From Nostoc sp. MG11 (lineage in GTDB: Bacteria; Cyanobacteriota; Cyanobacteriia; Cyanobacteriales; Nostocaceae): a stretch of 40,000 nt of DNA. The DNA lies in contig NZ_JACXXN010000003.1 of assembly GCF_014904695.1 (NCBI RefSeq), forward strand, positions 237,405 through 277,404, read 5' to 3'. Below, piece by piece: positions 8,318 through 17,937 of this stretch (position 1 is its first letter; every line of letters begins with the position of its first letter). Position numbers and translations under genes: made by a program. The notes below the pieces were generated by a model. That model was given only the letters and a program-made list of their open reading frames with translations, was not told the origin of the DNA and did not search any database.

Positions 8318-9820
8318 CTAAACGGTAGCTTTAGCTTTAGCGTCAGCTTTAACCTTCTGATTCCAAGGAGCGCCGATTAGTCCCCAGGTTGGGCTGTTGA
8401 GTGCCAAATCCATGTCACGAGCGAAGATGGCAAAGCCGTCATAACCGTGATAAGGGCCGGAGTAATCCCAAGAGTGCATTTGACGGAAAGGTAGACCCAT
8501 CTTTTGGAAGACGTACTTCTCTTTCACACCAGAAGCTACAAGGTCAGGCTTCAGCGCCTTGATAAATTCCTCGAATTCGTAAGCGGTAACGTCGTCATAA
8601 ACGATGGTGCCGTTTTCGATGTAGTGAGTGGTACGTTTGTAGTCATCGTTATGAGCGAACTCATAACCTGTACCAATCATCTTCATGCCCAAGTCTTGGA
8701 AAGCTGGGACAACGTGGCGAGGACGTAGACCACCAACCATGATGGCTACAGTCTTACCTTCCAAGCGGGGGCGATACTTAGCAACTACCGCATCCATTGT
8801 TGGCTGATACTTGGCGATGACCTTCTCAGCGTTTGCTTGGATTGTCTCGTCAAATTTAGAAGCGATTTCCCGTAAAGATTCAGCAATCTTGGTGGGGCCG
8901 AAGAAGTTGTATTCCAACCAGGGTATACCGTAAGCTTCTTCCATGTGACGGCTGATGTAGTTCATCGACCGATAGCAGTGGATGAGGTTCATCTTCACAT
9001 TAGGGGTCATCAACATTTCGTTGATGGTGCCATCACCTGACCACTGAGCGACTACGCGCAAGCCGATTTCTTCTAGGAGGATGCGGCTAGCCCAAGCATC
9101 ACCACCAATGTTGTAATCACCAATGATGGCTACGTCATAGGGAGTGCCTTCAAACTGTAGTGTGCCGTCTTTTTTAGCTTGGTCAGATCTTGTGAATACC
9201 CAGTCGCGAACCATATCGTTAGCAATGTGGTGTCCCAAAGACTGAGAAACACCGCGGAAGCCTTCGCAACGTACAGGAACAACTGGCTTGCCAATTTCTT
9301 TGGATGTCTTCCGAGCAACAGCTTCGATATCATCCCCAATTAGACCGATGGGACATTCAGATTGAATGGAAACACCACGGTTGAGGGGGAAAAGTACATC
9401 TAGTTCTTGGATCAGCTTGACAAGTTTCTTGTCACCACCGAAAACGATATCTCTTTCTTGGAAGTCGGAGGTGAAGTGCATGGTACCAAAGGTGTCAATA
9501 CCTGTGGTGCCAATATAGTAGTTACGACGACCAGACCAAGACCAGTAACCGCAACCTACAGGCCCGTGGCTGATGTGGATCATGTCCTTAATAGGGCCCC
9601 AAACCACACCCTTAGAACCGGCGTAAGCACAACCACGAGCGGTCATTACACCAGGAAGGGATTTGATGTTAGACTTAACGCCGCAATCGGACTTACCTTC
9701 TTCGTATACACTTAAGTGCTTTTCCCGTTTTTTCTTAGCTTTATCGGGATAAGCGTCTAGAACTTCTTTAATTAGTTCTTTTCTTTCTTCGATGATGTTT
9801 TGGTTTTCTGGAGGTGTCAT
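8318..9820 (-). CDS. nifD: Nitrogenase MoFe protein alpha chain NifD, uninterrupted
   Basis: 500-aa continuous ORF with conserved '[16 protein letters not shown]...[10 protein letters not shown]' and the C-terminal '[15 protein letters not shown]'. Confidence 0.97.
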   Translation of the reverse strand: MTPPENQNIIEERKELIKEVLDAYPDKAKKKREKHLSVYEEGKSDCGVKSNIKSLPGVMTARGCAYAGSKGVVWGPIKDMIHISHGPVGCGYWSWSGRRNYYIGTTGIDTFGTMHFTSDFQERDIVFGGDKKLVKLIQELDVLFPLNRGVSIQSECPIGLIGDDIEAVARKTSKEIGKPVVPVRCEGFRGVSQSLGHHIANDMVRDWVFTRSDQAKKDGTLQFEGTPYDVAIIGDYNIGGDAWASRILLEEIGLRVVAQWSGDGTINEMLMTPNVKMNLIHCYRSMNYISRHMEEAYGIPWLEYNFFGPTKIAESLREIASKFDETIQANAEKVIAKYQPTMDAVVAKYRPRLEGKTVAIMVGGLRPRHVVPAFQDLGMKMIGTGYEFAHNDDYKRTTHYIENGTIVYDDVTAYEFEEFIKALKPDLVASGVKEKYVFQKMGLPFRQMHSWDYSGPYHGYDGFAIFARDMDLALNSPTWGLIGAPWNQKVKADAKAKATV

Positions 9821-9983
9821 ACTTAGCCTCTGTGACTCGTAAGGATCGGGGCATAGGGGGACTAGGAGTCCCCTCTAAAGTTAGGGGGGAGATTAGAGGG
9901 AAAGGTAAAAGGTCAAAGGTAAAATATGAGATTCTTCCTTTTTCCTTTTTCCTTGTGCTAAAGCGTTATTTATTAGTAGCGAC

Positions 9984-10934
<951 letters not shown>

Positions 10935-11163
10935 TCACGCCAGTTGAGCGACAGTAGTGAGCGCGTGTAGAGCATCGTTGGTAGCGTTGGCATAAATGCC
11001 TGCTGGGGGCGATCGCTCCACAGCTAAAATTATCGAAAGCAAGTACATTTATTTCCTGGTTAAATTTCTTTTCTTTTTGTCCCTGAAGTTCTGTTCGCCC
11101 TTGGCGTTCGCGCAGCGTCTCGTAGAGAAGCCATCGCCTCTATCCGGCGAACAGACTTCTCTG

Positions 11164-11198
11164 TTTGTTCTTTGTCATTTGTTCTGACAAAGAACAAA
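11164..11198 (-). promoter_or_regulatory. Perfect 14-bp stem / 7-nt loop hairpin about 290-320 nt upstream of nifH
   Basis: 'tttgttctttgtca' (11164-11177) is the exact reverse complement of 'tgacaaagaacaaa' (11185-11198). Confidence 0.6.
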
Positions 11199-11249
11199 GA
11201 AAATTACGCAATTTACAAATACGTCATAATGTGTGTTAGCCGGAATCAA

Positions 11250-11263
11250 GTAGGACTTAACGT
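11250..11263. repeat. Inverted-repeat arm 'gtaggacttaacgt' on the nifH-proximal side of glbN
   Basis: Exact reverse complement of 11915-11928. It also pairs with the near-copy 'cgtaagtcctat' (11286-11297), which overlaps the glbN stop. Confidence 0.8.
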
Positions 11264-11296
11264 TGTTATTTGTCAACAATCAATGCGTAAGTCCTA

Positions 11297-11653
11297 TTAC
11301 TTGTTTAAAATGGCGCCTTTCAGATTTGAGACCCGCTCTAGTGCAGCGGTTGTGTCTTCTGATGACTCTCCACGCACAGCCATTGCTTCACTCAGGTGCT
11401 TGGCGATCGCATCGAAGTGTTGCTGCTGTAGATTCATTCCTGCGTGGGTTTTGTCCATTGGACGACCCGCGTATTGCTTTGGCCCCTCAAAAATCTGAGA
11501 TAAGAAAGCAACTAGATGATTACGCTGCTTAGCCATATCTGTACCAGCAAAAATGGGATTGAGGAGGCTGTCTGTTGCAATGCGTTTGTGGAGTTCATCT
11601 ACTATTTGTTCAATAGCTGGTTGTCCGCCAAGTTTGTCGTACAATGTGCTCAT
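11297..11653 (-). CDS. glbN: Group I truncated hemoglobin (cyanoglobin)
   Basis: 118 aa counted from 'MSTLYDKLGGQPAIEQIVDELHKRIATDSLL...'. By recollection this is near-identical in pattern to Nostoc commune GlbN and occupies the same nifU-nifH location. Confidence 0.9.
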   Translation of the reverse strand: MSTLYDKLGGQPAIEQIVDELHKRIATDSLLNPIFAGTDMAKQRNHLVAFLSQIFEGPKQYAGRPMDKTHAGMNLQQQHFDAIAKHLSEAMAVRGESSEDTTAALERVSNLKGAILNK

Positions 11654-11744
11654 ATCCTGTTCCTTTGAAGCGAGTTGGATGATGAAATTCGCAAGTAGGC
11701 ACTTAATGTTTTGCCTATATGCTGTTAGCCGTAGGACAGATACC

Positions 11745-11783
11745 AATTCGTAATTCGTAATTCGTAATTCGTAATTCGTAATT
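11745..11783. repeat. Heptamer tandem repeat: aattcgt x5 plus a partial unit
   Basis: Read directly upstream of glbN. Confidence 0.9.
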
Positions 11784-11914
11784 AAGAAAGTCAGATTTTA
11801 ATCTGTAGCTTTCTTTTAGCGAATTGGTATGAAGCATTGATGAGAAGACAATTATCCGGTTCAAATCCTACTTTCTGTTCTTGGCTGATGCATATTAGGG
11901 CGTATTTGTAGAGT

Positions 11915-11928
11915 ACGTTAAGTCCTAC
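11915..11928. repeat. Inverted-repeat arm 'acgttaagtcctac' on the nifU-proximal side of glbN
   Basis: Exact reverse complement of 11250-11263. Confidence 0.8.
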
Positions 11929-11936
11929 AGCAATTC

Positions 11937-12845
11937 CTAAACTGCTTCGACTACAAGATTCTTGCTGACACGATCTTGTAATCTCGCTTCGATCGCAATC
12001 TTCAGAGTTGCTGTACTACTAGAACAAGAACCGCAAGCACCTTGCAACAAAACTTTCACCCGATCGCCTTCCACATCATACAATTCCACATCTCCACCAT
12101 CGGCGATGAGAACAGGTCTGACTTCTTCATCCAGAACTTTTTGAATTAGAGCAATTTTTTGGACGTTGGTTAGCGATAGTTGCGATTGCTGTTGAGATGT
12201 AGCAATATCTGTAGCAACTTTCAGAGCATAATTGTTAAGCGCAGGTGCAGCAGATTCCTGTTGTACTGCTTTGATAATATCATCGATATTGGCTAGACAA
12301 GAACCGCATCCGCCACCAGCTTTGACGTAGTTTGTTACCTGTTCAGCATCAGTGAGATTATTTTCTAGAATCACGCGGCGAATCTTAGACTCGCTGATAC
12401 CAAAACAACTGCAAACTAGCGCTCCTTCATCATCGTCATCATGAGAAGTTAGAGGAATGCCACGATAATTATAAATCGCCGCTTCTAGCGCTTCTTGCCC
12501 CATGACAGAGCAGTGCATCTTTGCTTCTGGTAATCCACCAAGGTAATTTGCAATGTCTTTGTTGGAGACTTTCAAGGCTTCATCGAGAGTTAAACCCTTA
12601 ATCATCTCGGTTAATGCACTAGAAGAAGCGATCGCACTGGTGCAACCAAAGGTTTGAAAGCGAGCATCTAGAATCTTATCAGATTCTACTTCCACTTTCA
12701 GGTGCAATCTCAAAGCATCGCCGCAAGCAATGCTACCGATTTCTCCAGTTGCAACTTTAACTCCAAGTTCATCCGTTTCTTCGATAGCTCCCTGATTCTT
12801 GGGATCGTAAAATAGCTCTAATACTTTATCTGTGTAGTCCCACAT
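11937..12845 (-). CDS. nifU: Fe-S cluster scaffold NifU
   Basis: 302 aa. Has an N-terminal IscU-like domain, a central Cys-rich [2Fe-2S] module and a C-terminal 'GACGSCSSS' NifU domain. Confidence 0.95.
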   Translation of the reverse strand: MWDYTDKVLELFYDPKNQGAIEETDELGVKVATGEIGSIACGDALRLHLKVEVESDKILDARFQTFGCTSAIASSSALTEMIKGLTLDEALKVSNKDIANYLGGLPEAKMHCSVMGQEALEAAIYNYRGIPLTSHDDDDEGALVCSCFGISESKIRRVILENNLTDAEQVTNYVKAGGGCGSCLANIDDIIKAVQQESAAPALNNYALKVATDIATSQQQSQLSLTNVQKIALIQKVLDEEVRPVLIADGGDVELYDVEGDRVKVLLQGACGSCSSSTATLKIAIEARLQDRVSKNLVVEAV

Positions 12846-12953
12846 ATTAAGTTCCGAGTGCTGAGTGCTGAGTTCCGTTAGCGGTAGCGGGGCTTTAGCC
12901 CGTGATCAGTCGGGAGTAGTGAATATTGAAATTGTCTATTCCCTATTCCCTAA

Positions 12954-14165
12954 TTAGTGATGCGCCGCCAGTGCTTGCTCCTGTTCTTGTAACCAGCCAG
13001 CATCATCATTTTTGAAGGGTGAGAGGGCGCGTAAACGTTCTACAATACCGGGCATGACTGCGATAACTTGATCGATTTCGGCTTCTGTGGTGTAGCGACA
13101 AAGGCTGAAGCGAATGGAACCATGCAAAGTGGTGTAGGGTAAGCCCATAGCCCGGAGAACGTGAGAAGGTTCCAAAGATCCAGAGGTGCAAGCAGAGCCA
13201 GATGAGGCACAGATACCGTATTTATTCAAGGACAGTAAGATAGCTTCACCTTCGATGTACTTGAAGCCAATATTGGTGGTGTTTGGCAATCTCTGCGTAG
13301 AGTCACCATTCACGACACAATCGGGAATTGTAGCGAGTAAAGTTTGTTCTAGGCGATCGCGCAGCCTTCTTTCTCTCTTGGTTGCTTCTTCTAAATGTAA
13401 CAGTTCCAGTTCAGCTGCTTTGCCTAAGGCAATAATTCCTGGAACATTCTCTGTTCCCGCCCGACGTCCGCGTTCTTGGTGTCCCCCAATTAACAAAGGA
13501 CGGAACCTGACGCCACGCCGCACATACAAAGCACCAATTCCTTTAGGTGCATGAATCTTATGACCAGATAGGGTTAACATATCTATGGTACTGGTCTTCA
13601 TATTCAAAGAAAGTTTTCCCACTGCTTGCACCGCATCTACGTGGAAAATAGCACCGTACTCTTTAACTCGCAAGCCAATCTGTTCAATCGGGAAAATCGT
13701 GCCAGTTTCGTTGTTGGCGTACATAATTGTCACCAAGGCGGTGTTACCTGTCAAGGATGCTTCTAGTTCATCTAGATCCAGCTGCCCTTGATGATTTACT
13801 GAAAGATAGGTAACACTGTAACCTTGGGTTTCTAATTGTTTGCAGACATTCAACACCGCTGGGTGTTCAACTTGCGTGGTGATGATGTGTCGTCTATCTG
13901 GGTGCGCCAATAATGCAGCGCGAATCGCAGCGTTATCTCCTTCAGTACCACAACTGGTGTAGACAATTTCTGACTCATCTGCTCCCAGAAGGGCTGCAAG
14001 TTGTTCTCTTGCTGTTTTCACTCCTTTACCAAGTTGCCCACCAAAGGTATGCATACTAGAGGGATTACCGTAATAGTCAGTTAGGTAAGGCAGCATCGCC
14101 TCTACAACTTCCGGGTCTACCTTGGTGGTGGCATTATTATCGAGATAGATGCAGTTCTTTTGCAT
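12954..14165 (-). CDS. nifS: Cysteine desulfurase NifS
   Basis: Class V aminotransferase with PLP lysine context 'LSGHKIHAPKG' and active-site 'SSGSACTSG'. I prefer the ATG at 14165; the track uses a TTG 12 nt further upstream. Confidence 0.95.
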   Translation of the reverse strand: MQKNCIYLDNNATTKVDPEVVEAMLPYLTDYYGNPSSMHTFGGQLGKGVKTAREQLAALLGADESEIVYTSCGTEGDNAAIRAALLAHPDRRHIITTQVEHPAVLNVCKQLETQGYSVTYLSVNHQGQLDLDELEASLTGNTALVTIMYANNETGTIFPIEQIGLRVKEYGAIFHVDAVQAVGKLSLNMKTSTIDMLTLSGHKIHAPKGIGALYVRRGVRFRPLLIGGHQERGRRAGTENVPGIIALGKAAELELLHLEEATKRERRLRDRLEQTLLATIPDCVVNGDSTQRLPNTTNIGFKYIEGEAILLSLNKYGICASSGSACTSGSLEPSHVLRAMGLPYTTLHGSIRFSLCRYTTEAEIDQVIAVMPGIVERLRALSPFKNDDAGWLQEQEQALAAHH

Positions 14166-14192
14166 TGTTGTCTTCAATTACGAATTATTTAA

Positions 14193-14549
14193 TTAGGCTT
14201 CTGCTGCTACTGCTTGGTGTTGACGCTTTTGCAACTGCTCGGAATATTTCTGGGAATAACATTGAAACCAACGCTCCCAGTAATCTTGTTTATTTGTTAA
14301 CTTTGCAACTACACGGTTGTAATTGGCAAACCAGCCTTCCCAGTAATCACTGGGCTGATTGACGCAACCATTGCAGGTGGGACAGCCAGCTTTACACTGA
14401 GGCACAGTATGAATACTACCAACGCAGTTTGTGCAAAGTTCGGGGTCAATCCAGTGCTGTCCATCAACTACCTTAACTGCATTAGTGGGACAGACAGACA
14501 AACAGAGATTGCAGGAAATACATTGGCTAGTAAGTATTTTGTAAGCCAT
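14193..14549 (-). CDS. fdxN: Bacterial-type 2x[4Fe-4S] ferredoxin FdxN, uninterrupted
   Basis: 118 aa. Motifs 'CISCNLCLSVCP' and 'CTNCVG...CKAGCP'. Lies between nifB and nifS. Confidence 0.9.
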   Translation of the reverse strand: MAYKILTSQCISCNLCLSVCPTNAVKVVDGQHWIDPELCTNCVGSIHTVPQCKAGCPTCNGCVNQPSDYWEGWFANYNRVVAKLTNKQDYWERWFQCYSQKYSEQLQKRQHQAVAAEA

Positions 14550-14566
14550 GATTATTCTCCTTTTTT

Positions 14567-14636
14567 GGGTATTGAGGATTGAGGATTGGGTACTGGGTAC
14601 TGGGTATTGGATACTGGGGATTGAGTATTGGGTAAG
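14567..14636. repeat. STRR heptamer tract (10 units: gggtatt/gaggatt/gggtact)
   Basis: 7-bp periodicity read directly in the nifB-fdxN spacer. Confidence 0.85.
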
Positions 14637-14685
14637 GAGAAAAGGTAAAAATGATTCCTTTTCCCTTTAACCTTTTCCCCTCTTA

Positions 14686-14713
14686 CCTAGTCCCTAGTCC
14701 CCAGTCCCTAGCC
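14686..14713. repeat. STRR heptamer tract (cctagtc x2, cccagtc, cctagcc) overlapping the nifB stop
   Basis: Read directly. Resembles the classic CCCCAGT-type STRR. Confidence 0.8.
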
Positions 14714-16198
14714 TTTATTCCCTAGTCCTTCTACGTATTGCTCGTAAAACTCCAAAGCAACCTTCTCAATCACGTCGTAAGCTTCAATAGTCTGTATGCC
14801 AGCTTCTTGCAATTTTTCTTGAGGACAGTTGCCAATCTTGGAAACCAAAACTGCTTTGCAATCTGCGATCGCTTTCATAATATGCTCAAAAGTGGCTTCC
14901 TCACCGTATCCACCTTGACAATACTGGTCAATCTTGCGATGACTGACAAAGCGAACTTCGTTGCCCTCTACTTCGTAAATTTGGAATTCTTTGGCATGAC
15001 CGAAGTGCTGGTTAACCAATCCGCCGCCTTTGGTTGCTACTGCAACTAGGACTTTAGGATTGTTAGCAAATTTCTTGCCGACTAGCGCCTTTTCTTTGGC
15101 TACTTTAAGTTCTTCTTTAAACTTCTCAATACCTTCGTGTACTTCTTGACGCTTTTCGAGGTCATATTCTGGGGACATTTCCAAGAATTTATCTTTGCTA
15201 AATTCCTGGCTGCGGTCTTCTCCCAATAACCCGACTGCATCGGCTCGACACTGACGGCAATGGCGCATCATTTTCATATTGCCGGAGCAATTATCTTGAA
15301 CTTCTTTGAGTTCCTTGTTTGAAGGGCCGCGCTGACCGCTTAAGCCGAAGTGTGTGCCATGTTCCGGTGCAGAAATCAGCGGCATGATGTTGTGCAAAAA
15401 TGCCCCATTCTCACGAATGAATTTATTCACTTCCACCAAATGCTGGTCGTTAATTCCGGGAATCATCACCGAGTTGACTTTGCACAAGATGTCAGCTTCT
15501 TTTAAGGCTTGCAATCCTTCCATCTGCTTTTCGAGCAGAATCTTGGCTCCTTCCACACCTCTGTAACGCTTGCGTTTGTAGTGAACCCAGGAATAAATCT
15601 GTGCGCCGATTTCTGGGTCGATGGTGTTTAGGGTAATCGTAACGTGATCTATATTTAATTGTTTAATGCGATCAATGTGTTCGGTCAGCATTAAACCGTT
15701 GGTTGATAAACAAAGCTTGATATCCGGTGCTTTGTCTGCAATCAACTCAAATGTGCGGAAAGTCTTTTCTGGATTTGCCAATGGGTCGCCAGGGCCGGCA
15801 ATTCCCACAACTGTCATTTGGGGAATCTTACCTGCAATCACCAAAGCTTTGTGTGCTGCTTCTTCTGGTGTTAATAACTCGCTAACCACTCCCGGACGAC
15901 TTTCGTTAGCGCAGTCATATTTACGATTGCAATAGTTGCATTGAATGTTACAAGCTGGAGCAACTGCAACGTGCATCCTGGCGTAATGGTGATGGGCGTC
16001 TTCGCTGTAGCAGGGATGTTTAGCAATGCGTTCTTGGAGTTTTTCATCCCTTTCCACGGTGGCGCTGCTGGTGCTGTCGCAGCCGCAACCACCTGATTTT
16101 GCTGGGGTTGTCGTCGATTCCGTAGCGGGGGAGGTGAGGAGTCGTGTAGACGGTGATGTCATTGAATTTCGCAAAAGGTCGGTGGACTTGGCTGCCAC
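14708..16198 (-). CDS. nifB: Radical-SAM FeMo-cofactor biosynthesis protein NifB with a C-terminal NifX-like domain
   Basis: Radical SAM motif '[14 protein letters not shown]'. The C-terminal '[27 protein letters not shown]' is NifX-like. GTG start at 16198, with an alternative ATG at 16162. Confidence 0.95.
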   Translation of the reverse strand: MAAKSTDLLRNSMTSPSTRLLTSPATESTTTPAKSGGCGCDSTSSATVERDEKLQERIAKHPCYSEDAHHHYARMHVAVAPACNIQCNYCNRKYDCANESRPGVVSELLTPEEAAHKALVIAGKIPQMTVVGIAGPGDPLANPEKTFRTFELIADKAPDIKLCLSTNGLMLTEHIDRIKQLNIDHVTITLNTIDPEIGAQIYSWVHYKRKRYRGVEGAKILLEKQMEGLQALKEADILCKVNSVMIPGINDQHLVEVNKFIRENGAFLHNIMPLISAPEHGTHFGLSGQRGPSNKELKEVQDNCSGNMKMMRHCRQCRADAVGLLGEDRSQEFSKDKFLEMSPEYDLEKRQEVHEGIEKFKEELKVAKEKALVGKKFANNPKVLVAVATKGGGLVNQHFGHAKEFQIYEVEGNEVRFVSHRKIDQYCQGGYGEEATFEHIMKAIADCKAVLVSKIGNCPQEKLQEAGIQTIEAYDVIEKVALEFYEQYVEGLGNKG

Positions 16199-16536
16199 TG
16201 TGGGAGATGCCGTTGCTCTTGTCTGTGCCTAGGAATTGAAGCCGCGTCTTATACCCACGCTGCCTACTAGAGCAAAGATGCCTGATGAGGGCGGCTGATT
16301 ACGTAGTAGGGCAGGCGATAAAATCATTGAGGTTCTGCTGGTGTGTGTCAACGGTTGGGTCTTGGGTAGAACTTATGTGTACAGCCGCGACTTCCATTCA
16401 CTTCAGGCATGGTGCTATCTCATCTCTCCACTCACTTTTAGCTGCTGGTGTTTGCCAGAGCGTTAAGTGATTGGCGATATAAGATTTATATCAGCCGTCC
16501 CCAAGGTCAGTGATATGTCTATCTAGGATAGAATTT

Positions 16537-16562
16537 ATTGGATTTATTAAGTTTGTACTCAA
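16537..16562 (-). promoter_or_regulatory. nifB-proximal copy of an extended box shared with the cysE/nifP upstream region
   Basis: Reads TTGAGTACAAACTTAATAAATCCAAT on the minus strand. Compare TTGAGTACAACCTTAAT(+9 nt)AAATCCAAT at 26275-26309 on the plus strand. Confidence 0.45.
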
Positions 16563-16680
16563 AATCCACAACCCTGATTGTGAAGGCATTAGATGAGTTG
16601 AAAAACTTTTTTTCGGGTGTGGGTTCTAGTGTTTTCTGGTTGGGGTTCGAGTATTTAGGGAGAGGGGTTCAGGATTTCTT

Positions 16681-16689
16681 TGTACTCAA
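16681..16689 (-). promoter_or_regulatory. Second TTGAGTACA copy upstream of nifB
   Basis: Exact 9-mer 'tgtactcaa' on the plus strand. Confidence 0.35.
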
Positions 16690-16751
16690 TTTAAACTCAA
16701 TATCAGCAGGGATTTCAGCCTACATTTAACTGTTCTGAGAGCATTCTAGTA

Positions 16752-16760
16752 TGTACTCAA
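16752..16760 (-). promoter_or_regulatory. Third TTGAGTACA copy upstream of nifB
   Basis: Exact 9-mer 'tgtactcaa' on the plus strand. Confidence 0.35.
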
Positions 16761-16765
16761 ATCAT

Positions 16766-16808
16766 CCTTAAATCCCGTTCAAAGCGACAACCGTCAAGGG
16801 ATTTAAGG
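16766..16808. repeat. Perfect 11-bp inverted repeat (ccttaaatccc / gggatttaagg) with a 21-nt spacer
   Basis: Read directly in the nifB upstream region. Confidence 0.7.
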
Positions 16809-16815
16809 GGAAAAA

Positions 16816-16844
16816 CTGGAGTAGGCTACGTCGTGCTACTCCAG
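16816..16844. repeat. Perfect 9-bp inverted repeat (ctggagtag / ctactccag) with an 11-nt loop
   Basis: Read directly, 8 nt from the previous hairpin. Confidence 0.7.
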
Positions 16845-17286
16845 ACACGTGCGAAATTCAATTCTGTATCTAACATATCATTTTTTTGCGAGGAAAAATG
16901 CAATTCATATTTTCTTAATTTTTGTCTTGATAATGACATTAAATTGCGCTTAGAAGCCTTGTCTGATAAGGCATATAAACTCCTTCAAAGAAATGCTTAA
17001 TGCATAATATTTGCAACTAATCTAATTTTAAACCTTTTTCTTCTCTTTGTTTTCTGCTAGCAAAGAGTGAAAGAATCCATCGCTCATAACATATAGATTA
17101 GGAAATTTTGAAAGCGTGAATGTCGGGTACAGCAAGACTTTTACCTCCTGCCTCCTGCCTCTTGCTATAACTGTGGAATTGAATACGCTCAGGCACAACT
17201 TATCATTGCATCAAGCTTTTGCCTGAACAGCAAAGGAGTATTTAGGCGTTCTGCTGCGGTAAATGCTTCTTAGAAAACGGAAGTTT

Positions 17287-17574
17287 TTAAATTGTGTCTG
17301 CTTCAAAAGGTTTAAGCAGGCGAAGCTGAGTGAAATAACGAAAATCTTCTGTATTTCGTGTTACCAAAGTTAAGTTATGCACTATGGCAGTTCCACTAAT
17401 AATGGCATCACCTAACGTTATTCTTCGCATGTGTCTTAGTAAAACTGCTTGCTCAAGAACTATTTGAGAAATTGGCACAACTTGAGTAACCTGAAAAAAC
17501 TGCTCAAAGTAAAGACGATCTGTTTGAGTTCGTCGATGATGTAGCAGGGAATAGGGAATATTTTGGAATCCAAC
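17287..17574 (-). pseudogene. N-terminally truncated PIN-domain (VapC-like) toxin remnant
   Basis: The C-terminal 'GDAIISGTAIVHNLTLVTRNTEDF' is a typical VapC C-terminus. The frame is open only back to an in-frame stop at 17575-17577. About 35-40 N-terminal residues, including the first acidic PIN residue, are missing, and there is no antitoxin gene. Confidence 0.6.
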
Positions 17575-17595
17575 TTACCAAATCGCCTCTTAAGC

Positions 17596-17937
17596 TTAAG
17601 CAACTGCGTAGCCCGTGTAGGGCCTTACTTCCGGTGAACGAAACCCAAGTACAATGTGGTTTTTAGGGATTCCAGCCCGTTCTAAATCGGCGGCAATGCC
17701 TTCTTCAGTCCCATCCCGTTGAATCCAGATTTTGCCATCAATCAGGTCAACATGAACCAGACAGCCATGAATACGGCGATCGCCATCCCAACCCACATCC
17801 ATCCACAAATAGCGATCGCGGGTTCGATCAAACACTACCTCCGACTGAATATCGGCATAGGAATAGGTAATTGAAGCATATTCACTCAGGATATTTTCAA
17901 TTACTTGGCGATAGTTGTCTAATTGGGTGTGATCCAT
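17596..17937 (-). CDS. xisI: XisI family protein (fdxN-element excision controlling factor-like)
   Basis: 113 aa. 'YLWMDVGWDGDRRIHGCLVHVDLIDGKIWIQRDGTEEGIA' matches the XisI family. Overlaps xisH by 19 nt. Confidence 0.85.
   Translation of the reverse strand: MDHTQLDNYRQVIENILSEYASITYSYADIQSEVVFDRTRDRYLWMDVGWDGDRRIHGCLVHVDLIDGKIWIQRDGTEEGIAADLERAGIPKNHIVLGFRSPEVRPYTGYAVA

Noticed and set aside
16285-16729. Two short plus-strand ORFs (61 aa and 63 aa) in the nifB upstream region
   Set aside because: They show no recognisable motifs, have odd composition, and overlap the repeated TTGAGTACA boxes. The region is more plausibly nifB promoter or leader DNA.
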